A stretch of DNA of 64,000 bases from Chloroflexota bacterium (GCA_026713825.1 JAPONS010000069.1:26082-90081); one strand, 5' to 3'. Counted from the first letter of the stretch, positions 47,041-55,386 are shown. Made by a program: numbers and translations. Notes: generated by a model not told the origin, from the sequence alone.

Positions 47041-47499
47041 GTGGAAGGCGATGACCTTCTTAACGTCTTGACGACGCAATGCGGCGTCTCTGCGTACACT
47101 CCTAGCTTGTACACGACCCCGTCTGCAATGCCCGACTTCACCGCCCTCTGGGATACCGGAGCCACCATCTGCATGGTGTCTCAAGCGATCGTCGACGCCT
47201 GCGGATTGGTGGAGGTTGGGGCTACAGACGTCAGCCATGCAATGGGCACATCCCAGCAAGTTGCGCTCTACTACATCAGCCTTCGTTTGCCCAGTGGCGC
47301 CGTGATCGATGAGGTCCGGGCCATCAAGGGCATCTTGCCGGAGGACCTGCATATGGTCATTGGCATGAATGTCATAAACGAGGGTGACTTTGTCATCACC
47401 AATCGGAACGGAAGGACTAAGTTTTCCTTTCGCGTGCCCTCGCAAGCCGACATAGACTTTGTGACAGAGGATGCAGCTACAGGCGGTACGCCAACCTAA
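47041..47499 (+). CDS. retropepsin-like (clan AA) aspartic protease
   Basis: ALWDTGATICMVS contains the D-T-G-A catalytic motif. The later VIGMNVINEGDFVI matches the retropepsin flap/dimer pattern. 152 aa. Confidence 0.6.
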   Translation: MEGDDLLNVLTTQCGVSAYTPSLYTTPSAMPDFTALWDTGATICMVSQAIVDACGLVEVGATDVSHAMGTSQQVALYYISLRLPSGAVIDEVRAIKGILPEDLHMVIGMNVINEGDFVITNRNGRTKFSFRVPSQADIDFVTEDAATGGTPT

Positions 47500-47590
47500 A
47501 GAAGATGTTACCCAGCATTGTGAGCCTGTCGGATTCTATGAGTTCTATCTCGCTGGATTCGGCCTCTCCAATGCTACAATTCCTCCCACC

Positions 47591-47618
47591 ATGCCAACCC
47601 TGACCGCCATCCGCCGCG
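47591..47618 (+). repeat. proximal copy of the comF 5' end (functional start of comF)
   Basis: See the feature at 46627-46654. Preceded by the extended -10-like TGCTACAAT. Confidence 0.9.
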
Positions 47619-48235
47619 TCGCCAACGCCGCGCTTGACCTGCTGCTGCCGCGCAAGTGCGTGGGGTGCAGGCGCGAGGGCGCGTTCCTGTGCGACCGGTG
47701 CATCGCCGAGACGCCGCGGGCCGCCGACACAACCGGCGTCGGGCTGCAGCTGGTGCTGGCGCCGTTCGAGATGAAGGGCGCGGCGCAGAAGGCCGTCCAC
47801 CGGCTCAAGTACAACGGCGTTCGCGGGCTGGCCGCGCCGATGGGCGCCGCGATGGCGCAGCACCTCCAGCGGCACGGCGTCTCGCCCGACGTCATCGTGC
47901 CCGTGCCGCTCCATCGCTCGCGACAGCGCGAGCGCGGCTACAACCAGGCCGAGCTGCTGGCGCGCGAGGTCGGGCGGTGGCTTGAGGCGCCTGTCAACGC
48001 GGGGCTGCTGGCGCGCACCGAGAGCGCGGGCCCGCAGGCGCGGTCGGCATCGCGGGAGGAGCGGCAGGCGAACGTCGAGGGGGCGTTCAAGGCGCAGCGC
48101 GAGGCCATCGGCAAGTCGATCGTCATCGTGGACGACGTCACCACCACGGGCGCGACGCTGCAGGCGTGCGCGGCGACGCTGCGGCAGGCCGGCGCTCGTC
48201 GGACGTGGGGACTGACCTTCGCCCGCGAGATCTAG
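47591..48235 (+). CDS. comF: ComF-family phosphoribosyltransferase-domain protein
   Basis: N-terminal Zn motif CVGCRREGAFLCDRC and the PRT motif IVIVDDVTTTGATL. Confidence 0.85.
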   Translation: MPTLTAIRRVANAALDLLLPRKCVGCRREGAFLCDRCIAETPRAADTTGVGLQLVLAPFEMKGAAQKAVHRLKYNGVRGLAAPMGAAMAQHLQRHGVSPDVIVPVPLHRSRQRERGYNQAELLAREVGRWLEAPVNAGLLARTESAGPQARSASREERQANVEGAFKAQREAIGKSIVIVDDVTTTGATLQACAATLRQAGARRTWGLTFAREI

Positions 48236-48387
48236 GAATATCCCCAAGCGCGGTTTGCCCGTTCCCTTGATTACCGAGGCCATCTGTCCATAGAATAGGT
48301 ATCCCTCTCAGAGGGCGGCTCCGGGCGACCGGGCGCGGCTCCCCGCCGTTGCGCCGGCCAACCCCACACCACACAGGAGGCGCGCGG

Positions 48388-48969
48388 ATGGAGATGCAGA
48401 TCCAGGCAAGGAACCACCGGCTCTCCCAGGGGACCCGCGACTACCTGACCAGGAAGCTGGAGCGCATTGAGGGCCGAGTCAACCTGCCGATTGACGCCCA
48501 TGTTGTGGTGTCTGAGGAGCAAACGCGCTCGCAGCAGGACCGCATCCTGGTGGAAGTGACGCTGCGGTGCAACGGCACGCTGCTTCGCGGGCAACGACGC
48601 GCCGCGACGGTACACGCCGCAGTCGACGCCCTCGCCGACACCCTCGACCGGCGGGTGGCCCACTTCAAGAGCCGCGCATACCGCAGCGAGGCGGCCCATC
48701 GCCACGGCGACATCCACAGCATCCGCGAGCTCGAGGCGCCGCCCGTCGACGAGCCCGACGAGGACGAGCCGGAGGAGTTTGAGCTGGGCCGCGTGGTGCG
48801 CTCCAAGCGCTTCGCCATGAAGCCGATGTCCGTGGAGGAGGCGGTAGTGGAGATGGAGCTGCTGGAACACGCCTTCTACCTCTTCCACAACGCGGCCACG
48901 GGCGCCCACAACGTCCTCTACCGCCGCAACGACGGCGACTACGGCCTCATCGAGCCGGTGGAGGCGTAG
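48388..48969 (+). CDS. hpf: ribosome hibernation promoting factor, long form
   Basis: MEMQIQARNHRLSQGTRDYLTRKLERI N-domain. C-terminal dimerisation domain KRFAMKPMSVEEAVVEMELLEHAFYLFHN. SD is AGGAGG. Confidence 0.9.
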   Translation: MEMQIQARNHRLSQGTRDYLTRKLERIEGRVNLPIDAHVVVSEEQTRSQQDRILVEVTLRCNGTLLRGQRRAATVHAAVDALADTLDRRVAHFKSRAYRSEAAHRHGDIHSIRELEAPPVDEPDEDEPEEFELGRVVRSKRFAMKPMSVEEAVVEMELLEHAFYLFHNAATGAHNVLYRRNDGDYGLIEPVEA

Positions 48970-48972
48970 GGG

Positions 48973-49836
48973 CTACGCCCGCCTGCGCCGGCTGCGCACC
49001 AGCAGGACCACGCCTATTGCGGCCACAAGCCCGCCAATTGCCGCCACGTAAGCCATCGCCCACCCGGGGAGCGACGCGCCGCCGGTGGCAGGAGCAGCCT
49101 CGGGACCGGTCAGCGTGTAGGCGATGCGCGCGTAGTAGATGGCGGTAAGTCCCTCGAAGCCGGAGTCCGTACCCACAATGAGCCAGACGCGGCCGTTGCC
49201 GTCCGTCTCGACGCTGAGGGGCTGTCCCGCGTTGTCCAAAGTCTTGAGCCGGTACTCGCTGCCCGTAACCTCGCTGTGAGCGACGTTGCCGATGACCACC
49301 ATGTCGGCGCCGCCCTGACTCTGGTTCCCCTTGTCGATGTTCATGCGCAGGTGGCGGTTGTCGCCCTCCGCCGCCGTCGGCTCGACTGTCGACGCGCCCG
49401 CCTTCACGAAGACGCTCTCGCCGGGAGCCCCGCCGATGCCGAAGACACCGGCCTGAACGTTGGTTGCCAGGTCAATAGTCACCGACACGTCATAGGTGGT
49501 GTTCGGCTGCAGGCCGTCCACCTGCCGCTTCAGGTACATGAAGAGGTCGTCGCTGCGGTTATGGCCCTGCATGAACATGCCGCTGCTCTGGTGGAGCCCG
49601 TCCGGCAGCGCCCGGTGACCCGAATCGAGCTCGAAAGTCTGCTGGTCGTGGTCGACGGGCAGGTCGGCGAAGCCCGCCGTCCACCCCTCGGCATCGCTGT
49701 CGAACAGATACGTGAACTCGGCCTCATTCGCGCCCTGCGCCAGCGCAGTCGAGGCTCCCGGCATTATGGCCGCAGCCAGAAGTATGGCGGCTGAGACCAA
49801 TATGGCTGACAAGAGGACTCGATGCATCGATCGCAT
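48973..49836 (-). CDS. secreted protein with C-terminal membrane anchor/sorting-signal-like tail
   Basis: Signal peptide ending ALAQG. The C-terminus APATGGASLPGW is followed by a hydrophobic helix and RSRRRRA. Confidence 0.45.
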   Translation of the reverse strand: MRSMHRVLLSAILVSAAILLAAAIMPGASTALAQGANEAEFTYLFDSDAEGWTAGFADLPVDHDQQTFELDSGHRALPDGLHQSSGMFMQGHNRSDDLFMYLKRQVDGLQPNTTYDVSVTIDLATNVQAGVFGIGGAPGESVFVKAGASTVEPTAAEGDNRHLRMNIDKGNQSQGGADMVVIGNVAHSEVTGSEYRLKTLDNAGQPLSVETDGNGRVWLIVGTDSGFEGLTAIYYARIAYTLTGPEAAPATGGASLPGWAMAYVAAIGGLVAAIGVVLLVRSRRRRA

Positions 49837-49843
49837 GTCGTCT

Positions 49844-51646
49844 CTACTTTCTCCCAAATTCCCGGTCCAGATTGCCCGCGCTCAGGTGGAGCATTGTGGG
49901 GCGGCCGTGGGGGCAGGTGTGCGGCTGCTGCGTGCGCTCGAGCAGGCGCACCAGCTCGACCATCTCCTCGCGGTTGAGCGTCTGCCCTGCGCGGACGGAA
50001 CCGTGGCAGGCGACCGTCGCGGCGATGCGGTCCTCCCACGTCGAGAACTCGGCGGCGACCGCCGCGGCCTCCAGCATGTCCAGGAACGCCTTGGCCGGGT
50101 CGCGGCTTGCCAGCACGGCGGGCACGCCCCGCAGCAGGCATGTCCGGTCGCCGAAGGGTTCCAGCAGCCAGCCGTACTGCGCCAGCTCGCCGGGGTGGTC
50201 GTGCACCGTCTCCTCGTGCGACGGCGAGAGGGCGACGGCCGCCGGCTCCAGCAGCCCCTGCACCTCCGGCGCGGCGCGGACCGCGGCGTTCCGCAGCCGC
50301 TCGTAGACGACGCACTCGTGCGCCGCGTGCTGGTCGATGAGGTAGAGGCCGTCGGGCCCCTCCGCGACGATGTACGTCTCCTGGGTCTGGCCCAGCACCC
50401 GCAGCGCGGGCAGCGCGGCCATCATCGAGACCGGCGCCTGCTCCCGTTGCGGCGGCTGGGCTACGCCTGACGCCGCGTCCGGCGCGAGCGTAACGGTCGA
50501 CGGCGCGTCCGCCTCCGGCATGCTCGGCAGGCCGAACTGCGCCTGTGGGGGCGCTTCCGGCGCCCACGGCGACGCCTCGGGTTCACGGGGCGCGGTAGTT
50601 AGACGCCCGAACGCTGTCGGCGCGCCCACTGTGCCGGACACGATCTCCGGCACCGGCGTGACGGCGATGACCGTCTCGCGCACGGCCTTCTGCAGCGCGC
50701 TGAACACGTCGCCCTCGCGGCGGAAGCGCACCTCTGCCTTCGTCGGGTGGACGTTCACGTCGACGTCCTGCGGCGGCACGTCGAGCAGCAGCACGGCGAC
50801 GGGGAAGCGGTCGGCGGGCAGGATCCCGCGGTAGGCCTCGGTGACGGCGAAGGTGAGCGAGCGGTGCTGCACGGGCCGCCGGTTCACGAAGAGCGTGATG
50901 CCGCTGCGGTTGGCGCGCGTCGACTCCGGCGGGCTGACGAGGCCCGCCACGCCGATGTCGTTCGTCGCGGGCGCGTCGACCTCGATGAACGCCTGCGCGG
51001 CCTCGCGGCCGTAGACGGCCGACGCGGCCTCGCGCAGCTCGCCGTTGCCCGGCGACGTGAAGGCCGTCCGGCCATCGGCGACGAGGGTGAAGCGCACGCC
51101 GGGGTAGGCGAGGGCGTAGTTGGTCATGACGCCGTTGCCGCGGCTCAGCTCCGAGCGGGGCGACCGCAGGAACTTCTTTCGGGCCGGCACCTGCTCGAAG
51201 AGCTCTTCGACGGAGACCGTCGTGCCGACGGGCCCGCCACGCGGCTCCTGCCGCAGGATGCGCCCGTTCGCGGCCTCGACGTAGGTGGCGGCGTCGCTGT
51301 CGGGCGTGCGCGTCAGCACGGACACCTCGGCGACGGCGGCCAGCGAGTAGAGCGCCTCGCCGCGGAAGCCGAGGGTCTCGATGCTCTGCAGGTCATCGAC
51401 GTCGGTGAGCTTGCTGGTGGCGTGGCGCTGGAAGAGGCTGGCCACGTCGGCGGCCGGGATGCCGCCGCCGTTGTCGGCGACGCGCACCCCGTTGAGGCCG
51501 CCCGCCGTCACCTCGACGCGCACGGAGGTTGCGCCGGCGTCGAGGGCGTTCTCGACGAGCTCCTTCACGGCGGAGGCGGGCCGCTCGACCACCTCACCGG
51601 CGGCGATGCGCGCGGCAACCTCGTGGGGCAGCACTCGGATGGGCAT
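49844..51646 (-). CDS. mutL: DNA mismatch repair protein MutL
   Basis: IAAGEVVERPASAVKELVENALDAGAT GHKL ATPase N-terminus. C-terminal endonuclease-type domain (DQHAAHE). Confidence 0.95.
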   Translation of the reverse strand: MPIRVLPHEVAARIAAGEVVERPASAVKELVENALDAGATSVRVEVTAGGLNGVRVADNGGGIPAADVASLFQRHATSKLTDVDDLQSIETLGFRGEALYSLAAVAEVSVLTRTPDSDAATYVEAANGRILRQEPRGGPVGTTVSVEELFEQVPARKKFLRSPRSELSRGNGVMTNYALAYPGVRFTLVADGRTAFTSPGNGELREAASAVYGREAAQAFIEVDAPATNDIGVAGLVSPPESTRANRSGITLFVNRRPVQHRSLTFAVTEAYRGILPADRFPVAVLLLDVPPQDVDVNVHPTKAEVRFRREGDVFSALQKAVRETVIAVTPVPEIVSGTVGAPTAFGRLTTAPREPEASPWAPEAPPQAQFGLPSMPEADAPSTVTLAPDAASGVAQPPQREQAPVSMMAALPALRVLGQTQETYIVAEGPDGLYLIDQHAAHECVVYERLRNAAVRAAPEVQGLLEPAAVALSPSHEETVHDHPGELAQYGWLLEPFGDRTCLLRGVPAVLASRDPAKAFLDMLEAAAVAAEFSTWEDRIAATVACHGSVRAGQTLNREEMVELVRLLERTQQPHTCPHGRPTMLHLSAGNLDREFGRK

Positions 51647-51693
51647 GGCGTCAGTGTACCACTGGGGGGAGGGCAGGCTACCTACGCGAAGCG

Positions 51694-52854
51694 CTAGTCC
51701 TGACCGGACGCTTCGCCTTCATCGGGCGCGTCCTCATGCAGGACGGGCGCCCCCGCCGCGTCCAGCAGCGGCGCATCGGCCTGCGACGCGGCATTCCACT
51801 GGCGGCAGAAGTAGACGATGAGATCGCGGCCCAGGGCGGTCAGCGGCGGGCCGAGGATGACGCCCCACAGCCCGAAGAAGTGGCTGCCGATGGTGATCAC
51901 AAGGATGACGGCGATGGGGTGCAGGTTCAGCGTCTCGGCCTGGATGCGCGGCACCAGCAGGGTGTTTTCCAGGAGCTGGACAGCCAAGTAGAGCAGGATG
52001 ACCCAGACGACCTTGTCCGGCTCCGTCGCGAGGGTCACGAGGACGCCGACTCCGCCGCCAATCCACGGGCCGATGATGGGCACCAGCTCGGTGAGGCCCG
52101 CGACGACGCCCAGCACCACGGCAAACGGGACGTCCAGCGCCAGCAGCCCAATGGTCACGATGGCCCCAACCACCACGCCGAGGGTGAGCTGCCCCCGGAT
52201 GTAGCCGCCCAGCGTGCGGTCCGCCATGTCGATCAGGTCGCGCAGGTAGGGGTGCATGGAGGCGGGAAAGGGGGCGCGCAAGGACTGCACAATGACCCCG
52301 CCGTCCTTCATCAGGTAGAAGACCAGCACGGGGGCGGTCGCCAGTGCAAGGATGAAGGCAAAGGAGCCGGTGATGATGCCCAGGGTCTGCTCGACCACGC
52401 TCCAGGCAGCGCTGCCGACGATGTCCCCCACATTCGCCAGCGCCTCCTCGATCTGGTCCCGCGCATCCTGGGAGATGACGTCAACGTATTCTTCGACCCA
52501 TCCCTCGATCGTCACGCGGGCGCCCTGGAGGAACTCGGGGAAGCCCTCGGCGAACTGCCGCCCCTGGTCGACTGTCGGGGGGATGACGGCGAGGAAGACA
52601 CTCACGAGGACCGCCAGGGCCGCGAGGAAGATGATCCCGACGGCGGAGGTCCGCGCGAGGCCCGGGCGGCCGTGCCGCCAGGGCAGCCGCCGCTCGATGA
52701 ACCGGGCCACCGGCAGCAGCACGTAGGCGATGACGATGCTGATGCCCAGCGGCAGCAGCACCGACCCCAGCACGTACACCAACGCCAGCGCCAGCAGCAG
52801 CACGGCGGCAAACGCCGCCAGGTGCGCGCGTTCCCGTGACAGGTGAAATGGCAT
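51694..52854 (-). CDS. AI-2E family transporter (PerM/UPF0118)
   Basis: From the internal Met MPFHLS. Eight hydrophobic segments and an ELVPIIGPWIGG motif. Confidence 0.85.
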   Translation of the reverse strand: MPFHLSRERAHLAAFAAVLLLALALVYVLGSVLLPLGISIVIAYVLLPVARFIERRLPWRHGRPGLARTSAVGIIFLAALAVLVSVFLAVIPPTVDQGRQFAEGFPEFLQGARVTIEGWVEEYVDVISQDARDQIEEALANVGDIVGSAAWSVVEQTLGIITGSFAFILALATAPVLVFYLMKDGGVIVQSLRAPFPASMHPYLRDLIDMADRTLGGYIRGQLTLGVVVGAIVTIGLLALDVPFAVVLGVVAGLTELVPIIGPWIGGGVGVLVTLATEPDKVVWVILLYLAVQLLENTLLVPRIQAETLNLHPIAVILVITIGSHFFGLWGVILGPPLTALGRDLIVYFCRQWNAASQADAPLLDAAGAPVLHEDAPDEGEASGQD

Positions 52855-52948
52855 GGCTGGCTCCCTATCCTCGCATCGTTGGGGTTCGGGCAGGCACAGG
52901 GTACCCGATTGCAGGGGCGTTGTGGTGAGGGTAGGCTGGAGTCGCGTT
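52839..52948. repeat. direct repeat copy A: first 5 codons plus about 95 bp upstream of the AI-2E transporter gene
   Basis: ACAGGTGAAATGGCATGGCTGGCTCCCTATCCTCGCATCGTTGGGGTTCGGGCAGGCACAGGGTACCCGATTGCAGGGGCGTTGTGGTGAGGG aligns with 53970-54072. Confidence 0.85.
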
Positions 52949-53129
52949 GCATTGTACGCCGAGGGCGCGACAGGTCCAGAGACTCTCACGAGGGGTTTTG
53001 CGGTTGTCACGCGGACCTGCTCTCAATGCAATCGGAGACCGCCGAGGTTTCTTGCGTTATAATCACTAACTCACTACAATATTCCTGACGCCCCCTTTCC
53101 AGAGCAACCCGAGACGAAGGAGACGCGAC

Positions 53130-53534
53130 ATGGTCGTAGACCGCCAGGACAAGTATCGAGCAATGGTGGTCCGGGGCAAGTACCAGAGGCTGTACACGTA
53201 CCTGAGCAGTCTTCAGGCCCAGGAGTGGAGGACCTCCTTCAACGAGGTCGAGGCGGTCATCGGATTCGAGCTGCCTCCGTCCGCACGGCTGCACCGGCCC
53301 TGGTGGGGAAATCAGAGGGGCGGCAGCGGCCACAGCCACGCCCTCGCCTGGAGCGTCGCCGGATGGGAGGCGGCGGAGGTGGATATGGAAGCCGAGACGC
53401 TGCTGTTCCGGCGAACGGATCCCAAGCCGGTACCCAGGCTTCCCCTTGACGAAGCATGGCCCGTCCATCCCACCGCGGTGTGGCCGGAAAGCTTGAGTCT
53501 CAGGAGAGAGGACCTCTACGAGGGGAGGGGTTAG
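53130..53534 (+). CDS. putative non-canonical antitoxin partner of VapC
   Basis: The motif FNEVEAVIGFELPPSARLHRPWWGN...AGWEAAEVDMEAETLLFRR recurs in small proteins from mobile contexts. The C-terminal tail is SLSLRREDLYEGRG. The gene ends 7 nt before the PIN gene. Confidence 0.45.
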   Translation: MVVDRQDKYRAMVVRGKYQRLYTYLSSLQAQEWRTSFNEVEAVIGFELPPSARLHRPWWGNQRGGSGHSHALAWSVAGWEAAEVDMEAETLLFRRTDPKPVPRLPLDEAWPVHPTAVWPESLSLRREDLYEGRG

Positions 53535-53541
53535 GCCAGCC

Positions 53542-53964
53542 ATGTTCATAGACACCAACGTGCTGGTAAAGTCTCGTGTCCCCGGCGCGCCGGACCACAA
53601 CGCGGCCAGGGCGAGCCTGGAACGCGCTTTTCGAGACCCTGAACCGCTCAGGATCAGTCGCCAGGTGATACGCGAGTACCTGTCGGTGGTCACGCGCCCG
53701 CAGACGTGGCCGGTGGCTATCACTCGCGAGGAAGCTCTCGACGACGTGAGCAGGCTGATTGGCAGCTTCGAGATACTTGAAGACGGCCCCGTGGTGACCG
53801 AGCTGCTGGTGGCCCTGTGCCGAGAGGTTCCCGCAGGGGGGCAGCAGATTCACGACGCCAACATCGTTGCGACCATGCTCGCGCGTGGAGAGCGCAGGCT
53901 CCTCACGTTCAACACAGCAGACTTTCGGCGTTACGGAGACCGCATAGAGTTGGTGGGAGGCTAG
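53542..53964 (+). CDS. vapC: PIN-domain toxin (VapC family)
   Basis: MFIDTNVLV, REYLSV, IHDANIVATM and LLTFNTADF. All four acidic/PIN signature positions are recognisable. Confidence 0.8.
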   Translation: MFIDTNVLVKSRVPGAPDHNAARASLERAFRDPEPLRISRQVIREYLSVVTRPQTWPVAITREEALDDVSRLIGSFEILEDGPVVTELLVALCREVPAGGQQIHDANIVATMLARGERRLLTFNTADFRRYGDRIELVGG

Positions 53965-53969
53965 CGAGC

Positions 53970-54072
53970 ACAGGTTGAATGGCATCGCTCCCTATCCTCG
54001 CATGGTTGCCGTTCGGGCAGGGGACAGAGTACCCGTTTGCGGGGGCATTGTGGTGGGGGGCCTGAGCGCTTG
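53970..54072. repeat. direct repeat copy B (diverged pseudo-5' end of the AI-2E transporter gene)
   Basis: ACAGGTTGAATGGCATCGCTCCCTATCCTCGCATGGTTGCCGTTCGGGCAGGGGACAGAGTACCCGTTTGCGGGGGCATTGTGGTGGGGGG. On the minus strand it begins ATGCCATTCAACCTG (MPFNL), against MPFHL in the real gene. Confidence 0.85.
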
Positions 54073-54322
54073 ACAACGATCTGTGGTCTGGCTACTTTCT
54101 GGCAGGATTGAAGCCGATAACGGGCGCTTGACACAGGCGGAGAAGGCAAAGACGCTACCACATGCCCCTTTTGTGACACACCCGTTGTCTGCGTGTGCGT
54201 AACGCCACAGCAGGCTGCACCTGCCTAAGTCACGTAACGCTCAGGCAGTCAGCACTATCGGACTGGCACAGGCAACTAGAGAGACTGAATGCCGCTGGGC
54301 ATCCCAGTCCGACGCCCCTTCA

Positions 54323-54697
54323 TTGGGGCGTTTCAGGGGAAGGAGATGGTCTTTGGCAGAAGAACTCTGGCGCACTGACAACCCTTGCACAGGCACACAG
54401 AGTTATTTGCACGACACAAACTGGGGTTCCCACACACGGAAGAGGCCGGAGATCAGAGGTCGTTTGCGGGAGGTCCAAGAAACCGTAAAGGACCCGGATT
54501 TTGCGCTCCGTGACGAGCAGGGAGTAGTATTCAAGTACCGAATGGGCTTCGGACAAGGCAAGCTGGCAAGGCTCTGGCTTCTCGTCATTGAGGAAGCGGA
54601 CCAGCGAGGAGCCCACTACGTCAAGAGCGCCTACTTCACGTCCGACATAAGGGACTACGAGGCCCTCTGCATTAGAAGGATACCGGCGATTGGGTGA
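54323..54697 (+). CDS. hypothetical small protein, possible toxin partner of the downstream DUF2283-like gene (start uncertain)
   Basis: The C-terminal half ...VQETVKDPDFALRDEQGVVFKYRMG...RLWLLVIEEADQRGAHYVKSAYFT fits the pattern of small RelE-fold or DUF4258-like toxins. Overlaps the next gene by 8 nt. Confidence 0.3.
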   Translation: MGRFRGRRWSLAEELWRTDNPCTGTQSYLHDTNWGSHTRKRPEIRGRLREVQETVKDPDFALRDEQGVVFKYRMGFGQGKLARLWLLVIEEADQRGAHYVKSAYFTSDIRDYEALCIRRIPAIG

Positions 54698-55130
54698 CGA
54701 CATGAGCATGGAGCATGCGTTTGACAGGCTGAAGAAGTCTGCAAAGGACGACGCGGAGGCATTGGCCGCCCGCTTCCTGCAAGTGAATGCGGACATGACG
54801 GGCATGATCGAGCGCGCGGGCATCCTCATCGAGTATGAGCGCGAGCGTGACCACCTCTACATGACACTGGGCGAGCCGCGTGAGGGAATGGCGCTCACCG
54901 TGGGCCATCTGGTTGTCCTTGCTGACCCGGAGACGTTGGAGTTCATCGGCTTTGAGATCCCCGACTTCAAGAAGGCAGTCGAGACCGATGCCCTCAAGGA
55001 GTGGGCGCGCATCTTGCCCTTCATCGAATGGCAGCCAGTCGTGCACATTCCGCCCGCAGCACACAACGACGAGGTGACATTTCCTCGGGAAATCGCCGAG
55101 GGAGTACAGCGAGAGTTGGTCCACGTCTAG
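54690..55130 (+). CDS. DUF2283-like protein (possible antitoxin)
   Basis: IEYERERDHLYMTLGEPREGMALTVGHLVVLADPETLEFIGFEI matches the DUF2283 pattern YD.e.D.LYI.l...e...v..D....ivGiEI. Confidence 0.4.
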   Translation: MGDDMSMEHAFDRLKKSAKDDAEALAARFLQVNADMTGMIERAGILIEYERERDHLYMTLGEPREGMALTVGHLVVLADPETLEFIGFEIPDFKKAVETDALKEWARILPFIEWQPVVHIPPAAHNDEVTFPREIAEGVQRELVHV

Positions 55131-55202
55131 TCGCCACATCCCCCACCCCCGTTGACACACCCCTCCCCTCGCGGTACGCTTGACCCCTAACAACTGCATA
55201 CG

Positions 55203-55297
55203 CCCCGGGGGGAGCTTGGATAGGCCAGGCTGAGAGGTCCCGTTTGCTTGGGACGACCCCGAGAACCTGATCTGGGTAATGCCAGCGTAGGGACGTG
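55203..55297 (+). ncRNA. TPP (THI-box) riboswitch aptamer
   Basis: GGGGGAGC...CTGAGA...ACCCCGAGAACCTGATCTGGGTAATGCCAGCGTAGGGA matches the conserved THI element core. Confidence 0.85.
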
Positions 55298-55317
55298 GCC
55301 CTTCTGCTTACGTTTTA

Positions 55318-55343
55318 ACCGCCCGGACAGGGCGGTTCTTTTT
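55318..55343 (+). terminator. intrinsic terminator (riboswitch expression platform)
   Basis: Hairpin ACCGCCC-GGACA-GGGCGGT followed by TCTTTTT. Confidence 0.7.
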
Positions 55344-55386
55344 GTTTTCCGGGCTCTTCGCCCGGAGGACGCCGGGGCGGAGGGAG

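Noticed and set aside
53500-53985. 161-aa minus-strand ORF starting MPFNLCS
   Set aside because: It begins in the duplicated pseudo-5' end of the transporter gene (repeat copy B) and then runs antisense through vapC. It is an artefact of the duplication.
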